Origin: the human T2T-CHM13v2.0 reference genome, Homo sapiens
Direction: 5' to 3' (one strand)
DNA: 64,000 nucleotides
Assembly (NCBI RefSeq): GCF_009914755.1
Contig: NC_060927.1
Below are positions 60,801 through 64,000 of this stretch, piece by piece. The translations under genes were made by a program, and so were the position numbers. How positions within the stretch are numbered: position 1 is the first letter of the stretch; every line of letters starts with the position of its first letter. The notes beneath the pieces were generated by a model. It had not been told where the DNA came from, ran no database searches, and saw only the letters and a program-made list of their open reading frames with translations.

Positions 60801-61690
60801 ATTTTGTGTAGGATTGATCAGATTTTAAATACAGTGAAACTTCATTATATATAATAGACCTAGACCCTCCCAAGCATTTTCCCATCCCATAAAGAATTAA
60901 TGAAATGAAATGCTTATAGAGCAACGATTCCTGCTCAGAAAAATTTCCTTATAAACAGCTCCAAACCAGGGGTGCCTGAGCTAGATTTTAAAGTTATAAA
61001 GAAGTTTCATTGTATTTTTAAAACCTTTTTAATGGGTGTATTTGGACAAAAATAACCCCCTTTTCACATTTTATGATGTGCAGGTATTACATTGCTTTTT
61101 ACATGTGGAAAAGTGAGCCTGCATTTATTTTTAAATGCAGTTATTAAAACATTTTTGTATTCCCCATCAATGAAAATTTTCAGTGTGAACAAATGGTGAA
61201 TCATAAGACAGTTCAGTGCTTATTTTCTGTAGGTTTTAGCAAAAAAATTTATAAACCACAAAATATTTATACATCAGGATGGTAAATTTACATCATAAAG
61301 ATTGCAGATTTAATATTTTCCATTGTCTCTGTTCTGAGTGCCATGCTTGTAACATTGATAGGAGGTGGACACTAGGCAACTGGTATTAGAAGTTCATTTT
61401 TTTACTGAAAAATTCAGGTACATTAGCCATTTGTTATTTTATAGTGAACCGTTTCAATGTTTGTTTATTGTTATTTGTTGGCAAAATAAAAGTGCCTTAA
61501 GTTAAAAGTTTGTTTTGAGATCCATTAAATAAATCAGTATCATCAGTTCATAATGCATTTATTTACAAGTCCTTTTATTTTGCATGTTCATTGTAAATTT
61601 AATACTGTAAATGTATTCAAATTCATTTACATGCCTATGGCTGCCTTTGATTAAACTTCTTCCAAAAAATAAATTCTGCCCAGATGTTGT
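57830..61690 (+). other. MED12L: MED12L long 3'UTR (end approximate)
   Basis: AU-rich with no evident TEs; + strand AATAAA at 61485-61490, 61528-61533 and 61668-61673. Confidence 0.6.
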
Positions 61691-61708
61691 TGACTTTATT
61701 ATTTCATG

Positions 61709-63617
61709 TCAGATTACTTGAATATACGTTGCTGCATAATCACTACCAAGTGGGTTCTTTGCTGTGCATTTGTATATCCCAGAATCGGAGGTTTGGGGAT
61801 TCTGAATGACTAGGGTACCTTGTAAGTGAAGCTGCTCACTTCCATGTGTCCTCTCTTTACTTGCCGTTGAGAGAAGGGAGTGGTCAGGCATCTCCCACGT
61901 GATTTCTGGCTTGGGAACTCCCAAGGCCACACAGTGGAGCTGAAAGGCTGCCCCTGTCCTGGTGACAATACTCCTGGGTGGACGATTTGTAATTCGGGGA
62001 GGGTAGGCTACAATCATTACTGGAACAGTAATCAGTGTATGACCAACACTATTTTGAGCCTTACAGATATAGTTTCCTCTGTCATAAGCTGTTGCTTCTT
62101 TAATGACTAAGGTGCCATTGTCATGCAATATGTATTTCCCATTAATTTGAGGCCTGTCTACTACATAACCACTTGGCATAGTCCATTTGATATTTGGCTT
62201 AGGGATTCCATCAGACACACAATGCAGTGATAGAGATTCTCCACTGATGCCTTTTACTGTCCCTGGTGCATAGGTAAGAATAACTGGCTTCTGGCCAATT
62301 TCTAATATGACTAATTTCTCAATATAGCCAACTTTATTCCTAGCTGCACAGCGATATTTTCCTGCATCCTCCCGAGTTGTTTTAGAAATGATAAAAGAAC
62401 CATTGCTTGCTATCAGATACTGATAACTTTGTGGTCCATTGGAAAATCGTGTGCCATTTGGTAAAATCCAGATTATTTCAGGTGGTGGGTTACCATCAAC
62501 AGAGCAATTCAATGCTGTGGACTTTCCCAGCTGGGCAACTATTTTTTCATTAAATGGATTTCTAAATGTCGGTCTTCTCAGCATTTCCAGTACTTCTAAC
62601 TGTACTACCAACACGCTCTCTCCACCTTCATTTCGGGCCACACAGATAAAGTCGGCTGAATCTGAAAGCCTCACATTCCTAATTTCCAAGGTTCCATTTT
62701 TATGGACTGTGATTCTGCTTCCATAGTATGGGGCTGTGAGGAAAATATTGTCTGGCATGATCCACATGACTTCAGGAGATGGTGTCCCTTCAGCTCTGCA
62801 GTCAAAGTGTTTTTTGGAATGTCTCACAGCTGTGGCTTTAATAACAGTTCTATTTGTATACAGACCATTGATTAATGGAGGTTTAGAGACCACATCCAGT
62901 TTGTACATTTTGGTGTCATCCCCACTGGGATTTCGGGCTACACATACGTACTCTCCAGAATCGAGCAGTTTCACTTTGTTGATGGTCAAAGACCCATTGG
63001 CATGAAATGTGTACCTATCAATGGAGAAGGAAATCATGTCATTGGAAGGCAGCAACCAAAATATTTTTGGTTTGGGATCCCCAGTGACCTCACAGTCAAG
63101 GACAGCTGTGTCTCCAGCTTTGATTCTCTTGTTGGTTTTGTTACTCTGCCTTATCCGGGGAGCAGCTGTTATAACTGTTAAGTGGACCTTCATTTCATCT
63201 TTCCCTAGGGTGTTCTGGGCATAGCAAGTATAATCTCCTTCCTCCGCTACCCCAACTTTGTTGAAGTATAAAGTTCCATTGTTGAAAAGGGTATATCTCC
63301 TAGTCCTGTGGCCACTGTCATCGGCTTGCATTGCATTGTTGATCATGGTTCCATCAGGCAAACTCCAAGATATCTCTGGCACTGGGGAGCCGGAAGCTTT
63401 GCAATCTACTTGGAAATCTTTCCCATGGAGCACTTGCTTTCTAAAATACTGCTTGTGGTCAATTTTGGCAGGTTTCAGTCTTAGGCTAACATGCATCAGT
63501 ATCAGATCATCCCCCATTTTGTTTCTTGCCACACACAAGTAGACACCACTGTCTTTTTCTGTTACTGATCCAATAAACAGGGATCCATTAGGGTAGACGT
63601 GGATCCAGCTGCCCACT
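61709..63617 (-). CDS. IGSF10: IGSF10 terminal coding exon: half an Ig domain plus six complete I-set Ig domains, to the stop codon
   Basis: Acceptor cttttctccttag|A GTG GGC at 63617 (the ORF-track 'M' is an internal GTG/Val); repeated C...W...D-x-G-x-Y-x-C motifs; no transmembrane segment; ends YIQVI*. Confidence 0.95.
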
Positions 63618-63756
63618 CTAAGGAGAAAAGAGATTCATTTGAGTGTGCAGCTGTTAGCAATGAGGGAAACTGTTTTACTCAGGATTGCCTCCCTCTGCCC
63701 CAGCTTTATTGAAGCATGACCAATGAAAATTGTGTATCTTTGAGGTGTAGAACATG

Positions 63757-63897
63757 ACATTTTGAGAGAGATATATATACATTTTGAGGTGTGTGTGTAT
63801 ATATATACACATATTTGAGATATATATATATATACATTTTGAGATATATATATACACATACATTTTGAGGTATATATATATAGAGAGAGAGAGAGAA
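63757..63897. repeat. Compound (TA)n/(TG)n/(GA)n microsatellite with recurring ACATTTTGAG spacers
   Basis: Read directly; embedded in an old L1 3' end fragment. Confidence 0.85.
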
Positions 63898-64000
63898 ATG
63901 ACCACGATTAACTAGCATATCCATCACCTCATAGTTACCTGTTTTTGTATGTGTGATTAGCTTTAAATTGTTGCAATAAAAAAATAAAATTACTACCAGC

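Noticed and set aside
61880-63542. Plus-strand ORFs opposite IGSF10
   Set aside because: Antisense shadows of the coding exon with no independent signal
63614-63616. Apparent start codon of the 635-aa ORF
   Set aside because: It is GTG (Val) just inside a splice acceptor; IGSF10 starts outside the window
63757-63897. Repeat-spacer-like pattern of ACATTTTGAG with variable spacers
   Set aside because: Spacers are dinucleotide microsatellites in eukaryotic DNA; not a CRISPR array

Overview
Primate (human-like) genomic DNA, recognisable as the MED12L/IGSF10 locus (3q25 from memory). The + strand carries the last 13 coding exons of MED12L (1,953 nt spliced in one frame, 650 aa to TGA at 57827-57829) and a long 3'UTR. 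That UTR converges on, and probably overlaps, the 3' end of IGSF10 on the - strand (terminal exon, six complete Ig domains). A short antisense exon at 3630-3694 matches my recollection of non-coding exon 1 of the nested P2RY12 gene. The last MED12L intron holds a full-length antisense LINE-1 with intact ORF1, ORF2 and ORF0, ACG/A diagnostic bases and a 12-bp TSD. Main observations: (i) the first ORF0 splice donor is in phase with the MED12L terminal exon, predicting a 52-aa ORF0-MED12L chimera; (ii) the L1 could break the gene through intronic polyadenylation; (iii) it inserted into the loop of an 11-bp hairpin; (iv) a TSD-bounded ~0.44-kb insertion at 41749-42189 looks like a serial L1 3' transduction; (v) a candidate alternative last exon at 43773; (vi) a GC splice donor with a competing in-frame GT. 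The rest is Alus, MIR/L2/old L1, DNA-transposon fossils, solo LTRs and a HERV-L remnant. Repeat subfamily names and consensus comparisons are from memory and were not computed.
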